The notes beneath the pieces were generated by a model. That model saw only the letters and a program-made list of their open reading frames with translations. It ran no database searches and had not been told where the DNA came from. A stretch of 64,000 bases of DNA. Source: Spirochaetota bacterium (lineage in GTDB: Bacteria; Spirochaetota; UBA4802; JAGODF01). The position numbers and the translations under genes were made by a program. Of this stretch, positions 8,833-17,879 are shown in pieces. The DNA lies in assembly GCA_036846345.1 (NCBI GenBank), contig DAIUCD010000001.1, positions 194,723-258,722 on the forward strand, read 5' to 3'. Each line of letters begins with the position of its first letter. The stretch's first letter is position 1.

Positions 8833-11141
8833 TGTCCCTTAAAAAACATATGGCCACGCTCGGAATCGGCCAAATGATGCTTCTCCATACTCAAAGTAGT
8901 CTTGAATTGGATATTTTGAACCACCTCTCTGAGGAATCTCTCCCTGTCATTCTTCAGAACTCCATGAAGGATATCTATGAATCTCAACCCCCTGCAACGA
9001 TCATTCCTCTCAGTATAGATACTATTCCCCAGGCACTGGAAGCGCTTGAGGCTCTGCGCCAGAAAATCCTTTCCTGCCCGGTTATCCTCGCAACCGACTT
9101 ATATCTTACTAAAGATCTCAGAGAATCCCTCCAGCAATCCGGAATAAGAGGGCTGCTGGAATTCTACCAGGACTCTGTTTATACACAATTGGATGAAAAA
9201 CCTGAATATTTTTCGGATTTTACTCTTCTTTACCGTGAACTGCTTTCTCTAATAGACGCCTATATGAAAGGGAATGTCTTTTTACTCTTCAAGCAAAACT
9301 CCCTCTGTAATACCCTGGTGAAGATTTCCCCTCTTATCGTGTGTGTTATCGATTTAACCGGTAAAATCCTCTTTCTTAACATGAAGGAACTGGTTATGAA
9401 ACGATTCCCAAAACTGATTGGCGATATCACAGATAAGAGAATACATGATTTTACATCCCATCCGGATAAAATTGATTATATGATTCAGAGCCTTACAAGG
9501 CCGGAGGATCCCCTTGATGTATATGAAACGGATCTACTAATCAACTACGACGAAACAAATTACAATTTCACCGTATCCGCTAAAAAACTTTTGCTCTACA
9601 ATATGACGGTCATTCTCCTCATTGGCATCAATGTTACTGAGCAGAAGCGCACTGAAGAGAAGCTGAGGGAATCAGAAAAGAAATACCGCATGCTTGTAGA
9701 AAATTCAACAGATGGTATCTGTATTATTAAGGACGAAAAAATCATCTATGCCAATCCCCGTTTTTTACACATTTTCAACCTTGACTCTACGGATTTCACT
9801 GAACCTCTGAAATTTACCGACCTTATCGTGAAGGAAGAACGTATAATTTTTTCCCGGGCCTGTTTATACAAAATTCATCCCAATGAAACCATTGAAATGC
9901 GCGGATTAAAGAAATGCGGCTCTGTTATTGATCTGGAGATAGCACTTTCGTCCTTTCATATGTTCGAAGATTCCTTTTTTCAGATCATCGTCCGTGACAT
10001 TACACTGACAAAGAATCTATGGAGAGGGATAGTTCAATCTGAAAAAATATCAGCTGTAGGAGAACTGGTCACAGGCATCTCCCACGAGTTTAACAACATA
10101 CTTACATCTCTTAGGGGTTATACACAATTCGCCATGAATAACGCTAATAATCCAGTTATCATCAGGGAATCCCTGGAGATTATCGACAGGATGACCCTTC
10201 AGGGGGCTGGCATCATCAAGAAACTCGGACTCCTTACGCGCCAGGAGATAGTCAATCGCGAAGACATTTTTCTCACCGAGATTGTGGATGACATCCTGAG
10301 TATACAGGAAAAAGTCCTGCTTCATGAAGACATTCAAATCCATCGAAAATACTTCAATAATCCCCGCATTCACGCAGACAGAGGCCTCATTCAACAGGTT
10401 TTTCTCAACCTTATCGTGAATGCCATCCACGCCATACGGCCCAAGAAAAAAGGAATCATAACCGTTACTGTCGACAATGACGATCAATGGGCCAAAATGA
10501 CAGTACACGATACCGGGCAGGGGATAGATCCAACCATTGCCGAAGAGGTATTCACTCCCTTTTTTACCACAAAGCGGGAAGGGGATATCATTGGAACAGG
10601 CATGGGTCTCGCAATTTCCAAAAACATCATTCAACAGCATAATGGCGATATTACCTTCAAGAGCACTCCCGGCATCGAGACAGAGTTTACCCTCAAGCTG
10701 CCCGTATATACAGACAAGTCTTCAGATCCTATCATCCAATCCAAACCCCTATCACTGGATGAACAGATCCTTCCTGATCTCCCAGTGCTTATAGCCGATG
10801 ACGATCCTGCGATACGGGAACTCCTCAAAACCATACTTTCAACCTATGGAATTACGGATATTACGATGGCCAAAAACGGTCTGGAAGCCCTGGAATATGC
10901 CGAATCAAAGGATTTTTTTGTCATATTTCTCGACATTTCCATGCCGGTAATGTCAGGACTGCAAGCTTTTCAGAAGATTAGCCTTATCAAACCTGATGCA
11001 AAAATCGTCTTCATAACTGGTCTTTTTCAAGAGTTGCAGATTCGAGAAATGTCTGAAAAACAGAATGCCCATGGATACATAATCAAACCATTTGATATAG
11101 CTGAAATAAAAAAATTGATACGGGCATTGCTTTATCCTTGA
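8832..11141 (+). CDS. Hybrid sensor histidine kinase (PAS - HisKA - HATPase - C-terminal receiver)
   Basis: PAS-like region with NSTDGICI. H-box ISHEFNNILTSLRGY. HATPase with DTGQGI and GTGMGL. C-terminal receiver with LIADDDPAIRELL. The ATG overlaps the glcD-like stop codon (TGATG). Confidence 0.85.
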   Translation: MSLKKHMATLGIGQMMLLHTQSSLELDILNHLSEESLPVILQNSMKDIYESQPPATIIPLSIDTIPQALEALEALRQKILSCPVILATDLYLTKDLRESLQQSGIRGLLEFYQDSVYTQLDEKPEYFSDFTLLYRELLSLIDAYMKGNVFLLFKQNSLCNTLVKISPLIVCVIDLTGKILFLNMKELVMKRFPKLIGDITDKRIHDFTSHPDKIDYMIQSLTRPEDPLDVYETDLLINYDETNYNFTVSAKKLLLYNMTVILLIGINVTEQKRTEEKLRESEKKYRMLVENSTDGICIIKDEKIIYANPRFLHIFNLDSTDFTEPLKFTDLIVKEERIIFSRACLYKIHPNETIEMRGLKKCGSVIDLEIALSSFHMFEDSFFQIIVRDITLTKNLWRGIVQSEKISAVGELVTGISHEFNNILTSLRGYTQFAMNNANNPVIIRESLEIIDRMTLQGAGIIKKLGLLTRQEIVNREDIFLTEIVDDILSIQEKVLLHEDIQIHRKYFNNPRIHADRGLIQQVFLNLIVNAIHAIRPKKKGIITVTVDNDDQWAKMTVHDTGQGIDPTIAEEVFTPFFTTKREGDIIGTGMGLAISKNIIQQHNGDITFKSTPGIETEFTLKLPVYTDKSSDPIIQSKPLSLDEQILPDLPVLIADDDPAIRELLKTILSTYGITDITMAKNGLEALEYAESKDFFVIFLDISMPVMSGLQAFQKISLIKPDAKIVFITGLFQELQIREMSEKQNAHGYIIKPFDIAEIKKLIRALLYP

Positions 11142-11312
11142 GCCTCGTCGAAAGAGATTAAGAATGCTCTGGAACGAAGATCATTATTATCAGGCTTCTG
11201 TAACTCCTACAATGAAGTCGATTCTAATGATACTGTCTATAATTCATGGATCAATCATATCTGAAATTGTTGTATAGCAATTGGGGTTAAATTTTTCTCA
11301 GGAGTAAAAAAC

Positions 11313-12455
11313 ATGAAGAAGTACATGCCTTATCTGATGTCTGCCTTGATTTTTACATTAATTCTCTTTTCAATAAATCATTTGTCCTATTGTAAAGGAA
11401 AAAGTTCTTTCCTTGCAGCTACCGAGGAATCCCCTCTGAAGAAGAACGCAGAATCCGCCAAGGCTTGGGAGGTCCAAAAAAGTTTTCAGGATATTTATGA
11501 GCTTTACAAGGATAGAGTAGTATTTATCAGCACAGAGCAAAAGATAAAAACTCCCCCCCATCCCTTCTTCAATGATCCCTTTTTCCAGGAGTTCTTTGGT
11601 CCGCAAATACCCCGTTCCCGTACACAAAAGAGAACCGGACTGGGAACAGGTTTCATCGTATCAGAGGATGGCTATATCTGCACAAACCACCATGTTATAG
11701 CCGGAGTTGACAGTATTACCGTTAAACTCAATGGAAAATCCTTCAAGGCCCGTTTGATAGGTTCTGATGAACGGACTGATATAGCCCTTCTTAAAATTGA
11801 GCCCGGGATGAAACTCAAACCGGTTTTCATGGGAAATTCCGACGATGTAAAAGTGGGAGACTGGGCCATCGCCATAGGGAATCCCTTTGGCTTGGATAAA
11901 ACCTTCACCGTCGGTGTGATCAGCGCAACAGGGCGAAGGGACGTAGATATGATGGGCGGCTCGGAATCCCATATACAGACAGATGCCTCCATCAATCCTG
12001 GTAATTCCGGGGGGCCCCTCATAAATATCAAGGGGGAGGTTATTGGTATCAACAGAATGATATACTCGCAAAGCGGAGGTTTTATCGGGATTGGATTTGC
12101 CATACCGGTTAATACGGCAAAGTCCATTTTAATCCAGTTAAAAAACCATAAAAAAATAAAGCGTGGATATATAGGCGTTCAGATAGCACCTCTGTCAGAA
12201 GATCTGGCAGAACAGCTTGGTCTTAAAACCACGGAAGGTGCAGTTGTAGGGCAGGTCATGGATGATGGCCCAGCTGACAAGGGTGGATTGAAACCGGGTG
12301 ATGTTATCCTTATGGTGAATGATCGTATCGTAAAGGATATCTCAGATCTAGTAAATACCATCAACAATACTCCCATCGGTAAATCTGTAAAGATAACGGT
12401 ATGGCGTGCCAAAGCCAAGTTGCAAATCTACATAAAGATTGCGGAAAGACCGTGA
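11313..12455 (+). CDS. htrA: Periplasmic serine endoprotease DegP/HtrA (trypsin-like domain plus PDZ)
   Basis: Signal peptide, catalytic-triad region, GNSGGPL, and a PDZ domain at the C-terminus. Confidence 0.88.
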   Translation: MKKYMPYLMSALIFTLILFSINHLSYCKGKSSFLAATEESPLKKNAESAKAWEVQKSFQDIYELYKDRVVFISTEQKIKTPPHPFFNDPFFQEFFGPQIPRSRTQKRTGLGTGFIVSEDGYICTNHHVIAGVDSITVKLNGKSFKARLIGSDERTDIALLKIEPGMKLKPVFMGNSDDVKVGDWAIAIGNPFGLDKTFTVGVISATGRRDVDMMGGSESHIQTDASINPGNSGGPLINIKGEVIGINRMIYSQSGGFIGIGFAIPVNTAKSILIQLKNHKKIKRGYIGVQIAPLSEDLAEQLGLKTTEGAVVGQVMDDGPADKGGLKPGDVILMVNDRIVKDISDLVNTINNTPIGKSVKITVWRAKAKLQIYIKIAERP

Positions 12456-12470
12456 TCCAATTAAATAACA

Positions 12471-12518
12471 TGATTGCTCCTATCCCCAATCCCCCCGGTG
12501 ATGGGAGCAATCATTTTT
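12471..12518. terminator. Bidirectional intrinsic terminator between the convergent genes htrA and msrB
   Basis: TGATTGCTCCTATC / GATGGGAGCAATCA inverted repeat (about 13-bp stem) followed by TTTTT; it overlaps the msrB stop codon. Confidence 0.6.
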
Positions 12519-12990
12519 CAGCTTTAAAATCCAACGATGCTGAATTCATACAATACCTCATTCCCGTCGGAGGTGGCCCATCCTCAAAACGATGGCCAAG
12601 ATGCGCCCCACATCGAGCACAGAGAACCTCCATACGGATCATCCCCATGCTCAGATCTTTCTTCAAAGCTATATTAATGTCTGATACAGGCCTGAAAAAG
12701 CTAGGCCAGCCAGTGCCTGAATCATACTTGGCGTTTGATGAAAAAAGATCCACACCACAGCAACGACATCGATAAATCCCTTCATCCTTGTTATCATGAT
12801 ACTTCCCGGTAAAAGGATGTTCTGTGCTCTTTTTTCTTGTAATATAAAATTCTTCTTCTGTGAGTATCTCTTTCCAGTCTTCCTCTGTTTTTTCTATTTT
12901 TTTTACATCGATCAATTCTTTCCTGTTTTCTGAATATACCGTTATGAGAGATTCTTTATCGTCCATGGTTACCTCCATTGTTCTATTCAA
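12511..12990 (-). CDS. msrB: Peptide-methionine (R)-S-oxide reductase MsrB with a short N-terminal extension
   Basis: Two CxxC pairs (CRCCG...CARCGAHLGH), GTGWPSF and RYC motifs. Confidence 0.85.
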   Translation of the reverse strand: MNRTMEVTMDDKESLITVYSENRKELIDVKKIEKTEEDWKEILTEEEFYITRKKSTEHPFTGKYHDNKDEGIYRCRCCGVDLFSSNAKYDSGTGWPSFFRPVSDINIALKKDLSMGMIRMEVLCARCGAHLGHRFEDGPPPTGMRYCMNSASLDFKAEK

Positions 12991-13175
12991 AAGGGAGCTA
13001 TATCATTCGATCTATTGATTTCTGCAGATTCCGATCTCCTCTTATCATTATAGCAGTATTTGATTTTGTTCTCAAAAATGAATCTTCCCTTATATGATCA
13101 AGGACAGTTTTTCCGAGCCAATACTGTTTTTGTCTTGCTAAAAATATTATCAAAAAAAAGTATACTATACTTAGG

Positions 13176-14081
13176 ATGCATTCAGATGTTTATGCTAATA
13201 ACGTTTGGAGAGGTAGCATTGTGAGACAGGCGGAAATCGGTATTATCGGCGGTTCTGGTCTTTATGATATAGAAGGAATGAAATTCATCGAAGAAGTATA
13301 CCCCGATACCCCTTGGGGTAAACCTTCGGATACAATAATCATCTCTGAACTGCATGGCAAAAAGGCTGCCTTTTTACCGCGTCACGGCAGGGGACATTTC
13401 CTGCTGCCTCATGAAATAAACTTTCGGGCAAATATTGCCGCAATGAAAATGATCGGTGTTACCGAGATCATCGCTTTTTCTGCTGTCGGCAGTCTCAAAG
13501 AGGAAATTCGCCCCCTGGATTTTGTCATCCCCTCCCAAATCATTGATCGAACCAAGAACAGGATATCTTCTTTTTTCGGGAACGGCGTAGCAGCTCATGT
13601 ACCTTTCGGGCATCCCTTTTGTGAAAGACTTCACAGCATCATCATTCCTGATATTAAGCAGCGGGGTATACGTATTCATACCCATGAGACCCTTATATGC
13701 ATGGAGGGTCCCGCTTTTTCCACCAAGGCGGAGAGTAATCTGTACCGCTCCTGGGGTGCCGGGGTTATCAATATGAGTTCAATCCCTGAAGCCAAGCTGG
13801 CCCGTGAAGCGGAGATCTGTTATGCCATGATATGCATGAGCACTGATTATGATTGCTGGAAAGAGGACGAGGAGCACGTATCCGTGGATCTTGTTATTGA
13901 AAACCTTCACAAAAATGCGGATCATGCAAAAGATCTCTTGAAATCCCTCATCCCCCATATGTGCAAAGAGAGGAATTGTCCTTGCAAGGATGCCATGAAA
14001 TACTCCATCATCACAGCCAAGGAAAAGCAGAATCCCGAAGAGGTGGAACGGCTTAAGGTCATACTCCCGGAAACCTTTTAA
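13176..14081 (+). CDS. mtnP: S-methyl-5'-thioadenosine phosphorylase (PNP/MTAP family)
   Basis: IGIIGGSGLYD N-terminus and the remaining PNP/MTAP motifs. Confidence 0.82.
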   Translation: MHSDVYANNVWRGSIVRQAEIGIIGGSGLYDIEGMKFIEEVYPDTPWGKPSDTIIISELHGKKAAFLPRHGRGHFLLPHEINFRANIAAMKMIGVTEIIAFSAVGSLKEEIRPLDFVIPSQIIDRTKNRISSFFGNGVAAHVPFGHPFCERLHSIIIPDIKQRGIRIHTHETLICMEGPAFSTKAESNLYRSWGAGVINMSSIPEAKLAREAEICYAMICMSTDYDCWKEDEEHVSVDLVIENLHKNADHAKDLLKSLIPHMCKERNCPCKDAMKYSIITAKEKQNPEEVERLKVILPETF

Positions 14082-14085
14082 TTTT

Positions 14086-14113
14086 TGCATTAGACGGTTA
14101 AACACGCTATAAT
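14086..14113 (+). promoter_or_regulatory. Candidate sigma70-like promoter for the MetV-like/IorAB operon
   Basis: TTGCAT - 16 nt - TATAAT, about 35 nt upstream of the ATG at 14146. Confidence 0.3.
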
Positions 14114-14145
14114 GCATTTCAACAGGAATATGTGTAAATAAATCC

Positions 14146-14796
14146 ATGATTGTCACCAGAAAGAAGGATCGTACTTCCCTGAAGAAGTACCTAGAAGATA
14201 AAGAACGGATTGTCATTGTCGGATGCTCTGAGTGTGCTGCCGTATGCCAGACCGGGGGATCAGAGCAGGTAAAGGAGATGACTGAATTTCTTGCTGATAA
14301 AAATGTTCTCGCCACTATTTCCATTGAGTCCCCCTGTGACAAGAGAATCTCCTCCCGCGACATGAGGCGTATCAGGGATGAGGTCCAGGAGGCGGAGATC
14401 ATCGTTGCCCTGACCTGCGGCAGTGGGGTACAGGCCCTCTCTGAGGTTACGGAAAAGCCTGTTCTGGCAGCCCTTGATACGACCTTTTTGGGGATGGTTG
14501 AACGACTTGGCCGATTCTACGAACGCTGTTCCCATTGCGGTCACTGCATCCTGAATGATACAGCGGGATTATGCCCTGTTACACTATGTCCAAAAGGTCT
14601 TCGCAACGGCCCCTGCGAAGGTATGCAGGGAGAAAAATGTGAAGTCAACCCCGATATGGAATGCGTTTGGAGCAGAATTTACAAACTCCTCGAGAAACGC
14701 GGTGAACTCGAGAGATTTACCCTATATCATGAACCCCCTGACTGGAATGAATGTCACACGCCCCGTCAGGAAATCTGGGAGCGAAAAGATCGATGA
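14146..14796 (+). CDS. Methylene-tetrahydrofolate reductase C-terminal-domain (MTHFR_C / MetV-like) zinc-ribbon protein
   Basis: Cys cluster CSHCGHC...CP..LCPKGLRNGPCEG...CEV matches the MTHFR_C signature. An additional N-terminal CSEC motif is present. Confidence 0.55.
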   Translation: MIVTRKKDRTSLKKYLEDKERIVIVGCSECAAVCQTGGSEQVKEMTEFLADKNVLATISIESPCDKRISSRDMRRIRDEVQEAEIIVALTCGSGVQALSEVTEKPVLAALDTTFLGMVERLGRFYERCSHCGHCILNDTAGLCPVTLCPKGLRNGPCEGMQGEKCEVNPDMECVWSRIYKLLEKRGELERFTLYHEPPDWNECHTPRQEIWERKDR

Positions 14797-15317
14797 ATTC
14801 AGTGTCATACATCCCCTCGCTGATGTCCATGAACGATCTGGACAGTTTGAGCCCGAACCTTAAAGGAGACGAGAACATCCTTTTCGGGGAATATGGATCA
14901 TTCAATCCTCTGGCTGTTTATGACCGTGTTAAGAATCTGACGAAAGGCAAATTGCTCTTGGAGATAATCTCCCGTAATAAAAATAGAAATCTTATTCAGT
15001 CGTCCCTGATAACGGCTTCAATTCTTGGTTTCCACGGTGTGGTTCTGGCCTCAGGCATTTTTCAGCGCGAAACCCCTATGGCCAAACCTGTTTACGATCT
15101 CGATCCCACGCAAATGCTCCTTATGGCCCTTAATCTGCGGCAGTCGGGAAGTCTTCGTCAGGATTTCATCATTGCCCTTCGTTCATCTTCAGGTATGGGC
15201 CCCGCAGATACCCGTGCGCGCTATCTCCTGGAAAAAGGTGCGGATTATCTCGTTTTTGAGCGCGAGGAGGATTGTAAACCTTTCCCGGGAAAATCTCTCT
15301 TTCAGAATAGCGTCTAA
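14793..15317 (+). CDS. Short MTHFR-like (MetF-family TIM-barrel) protein, possibly truncated
   Basis: The ATG at 14793 overlaps the upstream stop codon (ATGA). About 174 aa, with weak resemblance to the central part of MetF (HGVVLASG; ...YLLEKGADYLVFE). No C-terminal third of the barrel. The tabulated ORF starts 42 nt earlier. Confidence 0.35.
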   Translation: MNSVSYIPSLMSMNDLDSLSPNLKGDENILFGEYGSFNPLAVYDRVKNLTKGKLLLEIISRNKNRNLIQSSLITASILGFHGVVLASGIFQRETPMAKPVYDLDPTQMLLMALNLRQSGSLRQDFIIALRSSSGMGPADTRARYLLEKGADYLVFEREEDCKPFPGKSLFQNSV

Positions 15318-15323
15318 ATTTCG

Positions 15324-17252
15324 ATGGATCCTCTTGCATTAAACAACCCCGGAACAACTATTCTCGCAATGGGCAATGACGCCATCGTCCGCGGGGGATT
15401 GGAGGCAGGTCTTGGATATTTCAGCACCTATCCCGGAACGCCTGCCTCGGAAATTGGCGAGGGCTATTTCAGATTAAAAAAACATTTTCCTCACATCCAT
15501 GCAGAATTCAGCGTTAACGAACACGTAGCCGCCCATGGAGCCCAGGGTGCAAGCTGGGCCAACATCCGGTCGATGGTGACCATGAAGCATGTAGGCATGA
15601 ATGTAGCCGCCGAAGTCCTGCATTTCGCCGGTTATACCGGCGTCAGAGCTGGATTCGTCGTGGTGATAGGATCAGATCCTGGCGCCACGAGTTCTACCTC
15701 CGAACAGGATGACCGATGGTATTCCCTGCATACCCATCTCCCCATCCTGGAGCCTTCCACAATACAGGAAGCCAAGGACTATACCATACAGGCCTTTCAC
15801 CTGAGTGAAAAATATGATCTCCCCGTAATTATCAACGCACCTTCCAAGCTATGCCATAATATCGGTTCGCTGGTTCTGGGTGAACTTCCAACAGAGATTC
15901 CTGTAAAAGGAAATTTCGAACGCAATCCTACCCGATACATCAATCTCTTTGCCGGATCTGTGGCCAATCACAGAAGAGCGGTGGAGAATGCACATCGGCT
16001 TTCCCTGGAAGCTTCCTCCCTTGGACTAAACCGTATCCTCCCGGGATCAGGCAGGGTGGGTTTCGTCTCTTCAAGCATCAACTATCTTTATCTTCTGGAA
16101 GCGCTTGAAATTCTCGGAATCAAGGATGCGCCGGTCCTGAAAATCGGCATGAGCTATCCCTTGAACAGCGACGAGATCTGCTCATTCGCAAAGAACCTGG
16201 ATAGGGTCTATGTTGTGGAAGACCTTGAAGGATTTCTGGAATATCAGATAAAGAAAATCCTCTATGACACTGAAGTTAAAATTCCTATTATCGGTAAACA
16301 GAATTTCCCGGAATATGGGGAACTCGATCCTGATATTATAACAGAAATCCTGTCAACCGAGTTCAAGATGACCATGCCTGCCCGTATTACCCGATCCCTG
16401 GAACTTTCCCGGGAGTTAACCGGGGACATACCTCCACGGCAGGGGGCTTTCTGTATAGGATGTCCTCACAGGGCAACTCTTTACTCGATTATCAAAGCAA
16501 CTGACCGCAAAGTCATTTTTGCCGGCGACATCGGATGTTACACACTCTCATGTCTTCCCCCTTTCCGCGCCTTCGACTGGGTCACCTGCATGAACTGCGG
16601 TGTGGGGATCGCCCAGGGAATGCTGCAGAAACTGGAGGGGGAAGACATTTTATCATACGTTGGGGACTCAACCTTTTTCCATTCCGGAATTCCAAACCTC
16701 ATTAATGCTGTAGAACAGAATGCCAGCCTCGTACTGGTCATACTGGACAACAAATGGGTTGCCATGACCGGACATCAACCCAGCCCGACAACGGACAGAG
16801 CCCTCAATGATGAAAAACTCCGTCCTGTCGATCTCAAAGGACTTATAAAGTCCCTGGGTATCAGCTACATCAGAACAATCAACCCTTCCAATGTAAAGGC
16901 CTCCATTGTCACGATCAAGGACGCCATCAATCACCGGGAGGGTGTACGGGTAATCATATCAGAACAGGAGTGCGCCCTGCAGCACCTTCGCCGGATCAAG
17001 ATCCACCGACCGGAGTATGAAGTCCATTATCAAATAGATCCGGAAAGGTGTCAGAAGTGTGATGAATGCTATAAGGATCTGGGATGTCCCGCGATTCGGA
17101 AAAAGGAAGATGGAGCGGATTTCCATTATTACATAGAAGAAACCGCCTGCATCAATTGCGGGACCTGTCATGACCTATGTCTCAACTCCGCCATAACCAG
17201 GGTCGAGATTAAAAGGAATCCACAAATACCCGGAAAAGCGAGGGTCCTATGA
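15324..17252 (+). CDS. iorA: Indolepyruvate:ferredoxin oxidoreductase alpha subunit (TPP-dependent, with a C-terminal 2x[4Fe-4S] domain)
   Basis: Typical IorA N-terminus NDAIVRGGLEAGLGYFSTYPGTPASEI. TPP-binding GDIGCYT. C-terminal CQKCDEC...CPA and CINCGTC. Confidence 0.88.
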   Translation: MDPLALNNPGTTILAMGNDAIVRGGLEAGLGYFSTYPGTPASEIGEGYFRLKKHFPHIHAEFSVNEHVAAHGAQGASWANIRSMVTMKHVGMNVAAEVLHFAGYTGVRAGFVVVIGSDPGATSSTSEQDDRWYSLHTHLPILEPSTIQEAKDYTIQAFHLSEKYDLPVIINAPSKLCHNIGSLVLGELPTEIPVKGNFERNPTRYINLFAGSVANHRRAVENAHRLSLEASSLGLNRILPGSGRVGFVSSSINYLYLLEALEILGIKDAPVLKIGMSYPLNSDEICSFAKNLDRVYVVEDLEGFLEYQIKKILYDTEVKIPIIGKQNFPEYGELDPDIITEILSTEFKMTMPARITRSLELSRELTGDIPPRQGAFCIGCPHRATLYSIIKATDRKVIFAGDIGCYTLSCLPPFRAFDWVTCMNCGVGIAQGMLQKLEGEDILSYVGDSTFFHSGIPNLINAVEQNASLVLVILDNKWVAMTGHQPSPTTDRALNDEKLRPVDLKGLIKSLGISYIRTINPSNVKASIVTIKDAINHREGVRVIISEQECALQHLRRIKIHRPEYEVHYQIDPERCQKCDECYKDLGCPAIRKKEDGADFHYYIEETACINCGTCHDLCLNSAITRVEIKRNPQIPGKARVL

Positions 17253-17875
17253 TCCGCTATGATATTCTTCTCTGCGGGATTGGAGGGCAGGGTGTCATCT
17301 CCCTCGGGACCATTCTTAAGCTTTCAGCGATCAAGGACGGTTTGATGGTCATAGGCGCCGAGAGGAGGGGAGGTGCTCAAAGAGAGGGGGTCGTTACCTC
17401 CAATGTTCGCTACAGAGGCTTTAAGCAGGGAGAGGAACAGAACGAACGCAGCTTTGCCGGTTCAGGTCTGATACCTCTGGCTGGTGCTGACATGATGATA
17501 GCCATGGAACCCCTGGAAGCGCTCCGTCATGCCCGCTATCTCAATGAAAATTCCGTGGTAATCATAAACGATTTCCCCCTTATGCCCGTATCCGTCCGCA
17601 TGGGAAATTATTCTTATCCTGAGACAGAAGAAATCTATAACCGTTTGAGGAAGTTTACAAATAAGGTTCATGTTTTTAACATCGATGAAATCTCAAAAAA
17701 GAACTTCCATACCTTGCGGCAGGTAAACACCTTGTCTCTGGGGTTGGCCTTTGCACTGGGGGAATTACCGGTATCCGACCAATCTCTTCTGGATACGATT
17801 CAAAAACAGTTTCCCGATTTTAATGCGAATAAAAGAGCTTTCGAACTGGGTATGGAAATAGCCGGATATTCATAA
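17249..17875 (+). CDS. iorB: Indolepyruvate:ferredoxin oxidoreductase beta subunit
   Basis: YDILLCGIGGQGVISLGTIL N-terminus. 4-nt overlap with iorA. Confidence 0.82.
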   Translation: MIRYDILLCGIGGQGVISLGTILKLSAIKDGLMVIGAERRGGAQREGVVTSNVRYRGFKQGEEQNERSFAGSGLIPLAGADMMIAMEPLEALRHARYLNENSVVIINDFPLMPVSVRMGNYSYPETEEIYNRLRKFTNKVHVFNIDEISKKNFHTLRQVNTLSLGLAFALGELPVSDQSLLDTIQKQFPDFNANKRAFELGMEIAGYS

Positions 17876-17879
17876 AACT

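Noticed and set aside
12511-12990. The N-terminal 33-aa extension on MsrB, considered as a possible fused extra domain
   Set aside because: It is too short and low-complexity (Lys/Glu-rich). It is more likely a mis-called upstream start, or a linker, than a functional fusion.
14555-15342. ORFs 14555..14863+ and 15025..15342+ overlapping the MetV-like/MTHFR-like genes
   Set aside because: They are out of frame with the motif-bearing reading frames and have no motif. I considered them as a possible frameshift continuation of the short MTHFR-like protein, but their sequence shows no MetF similarity.
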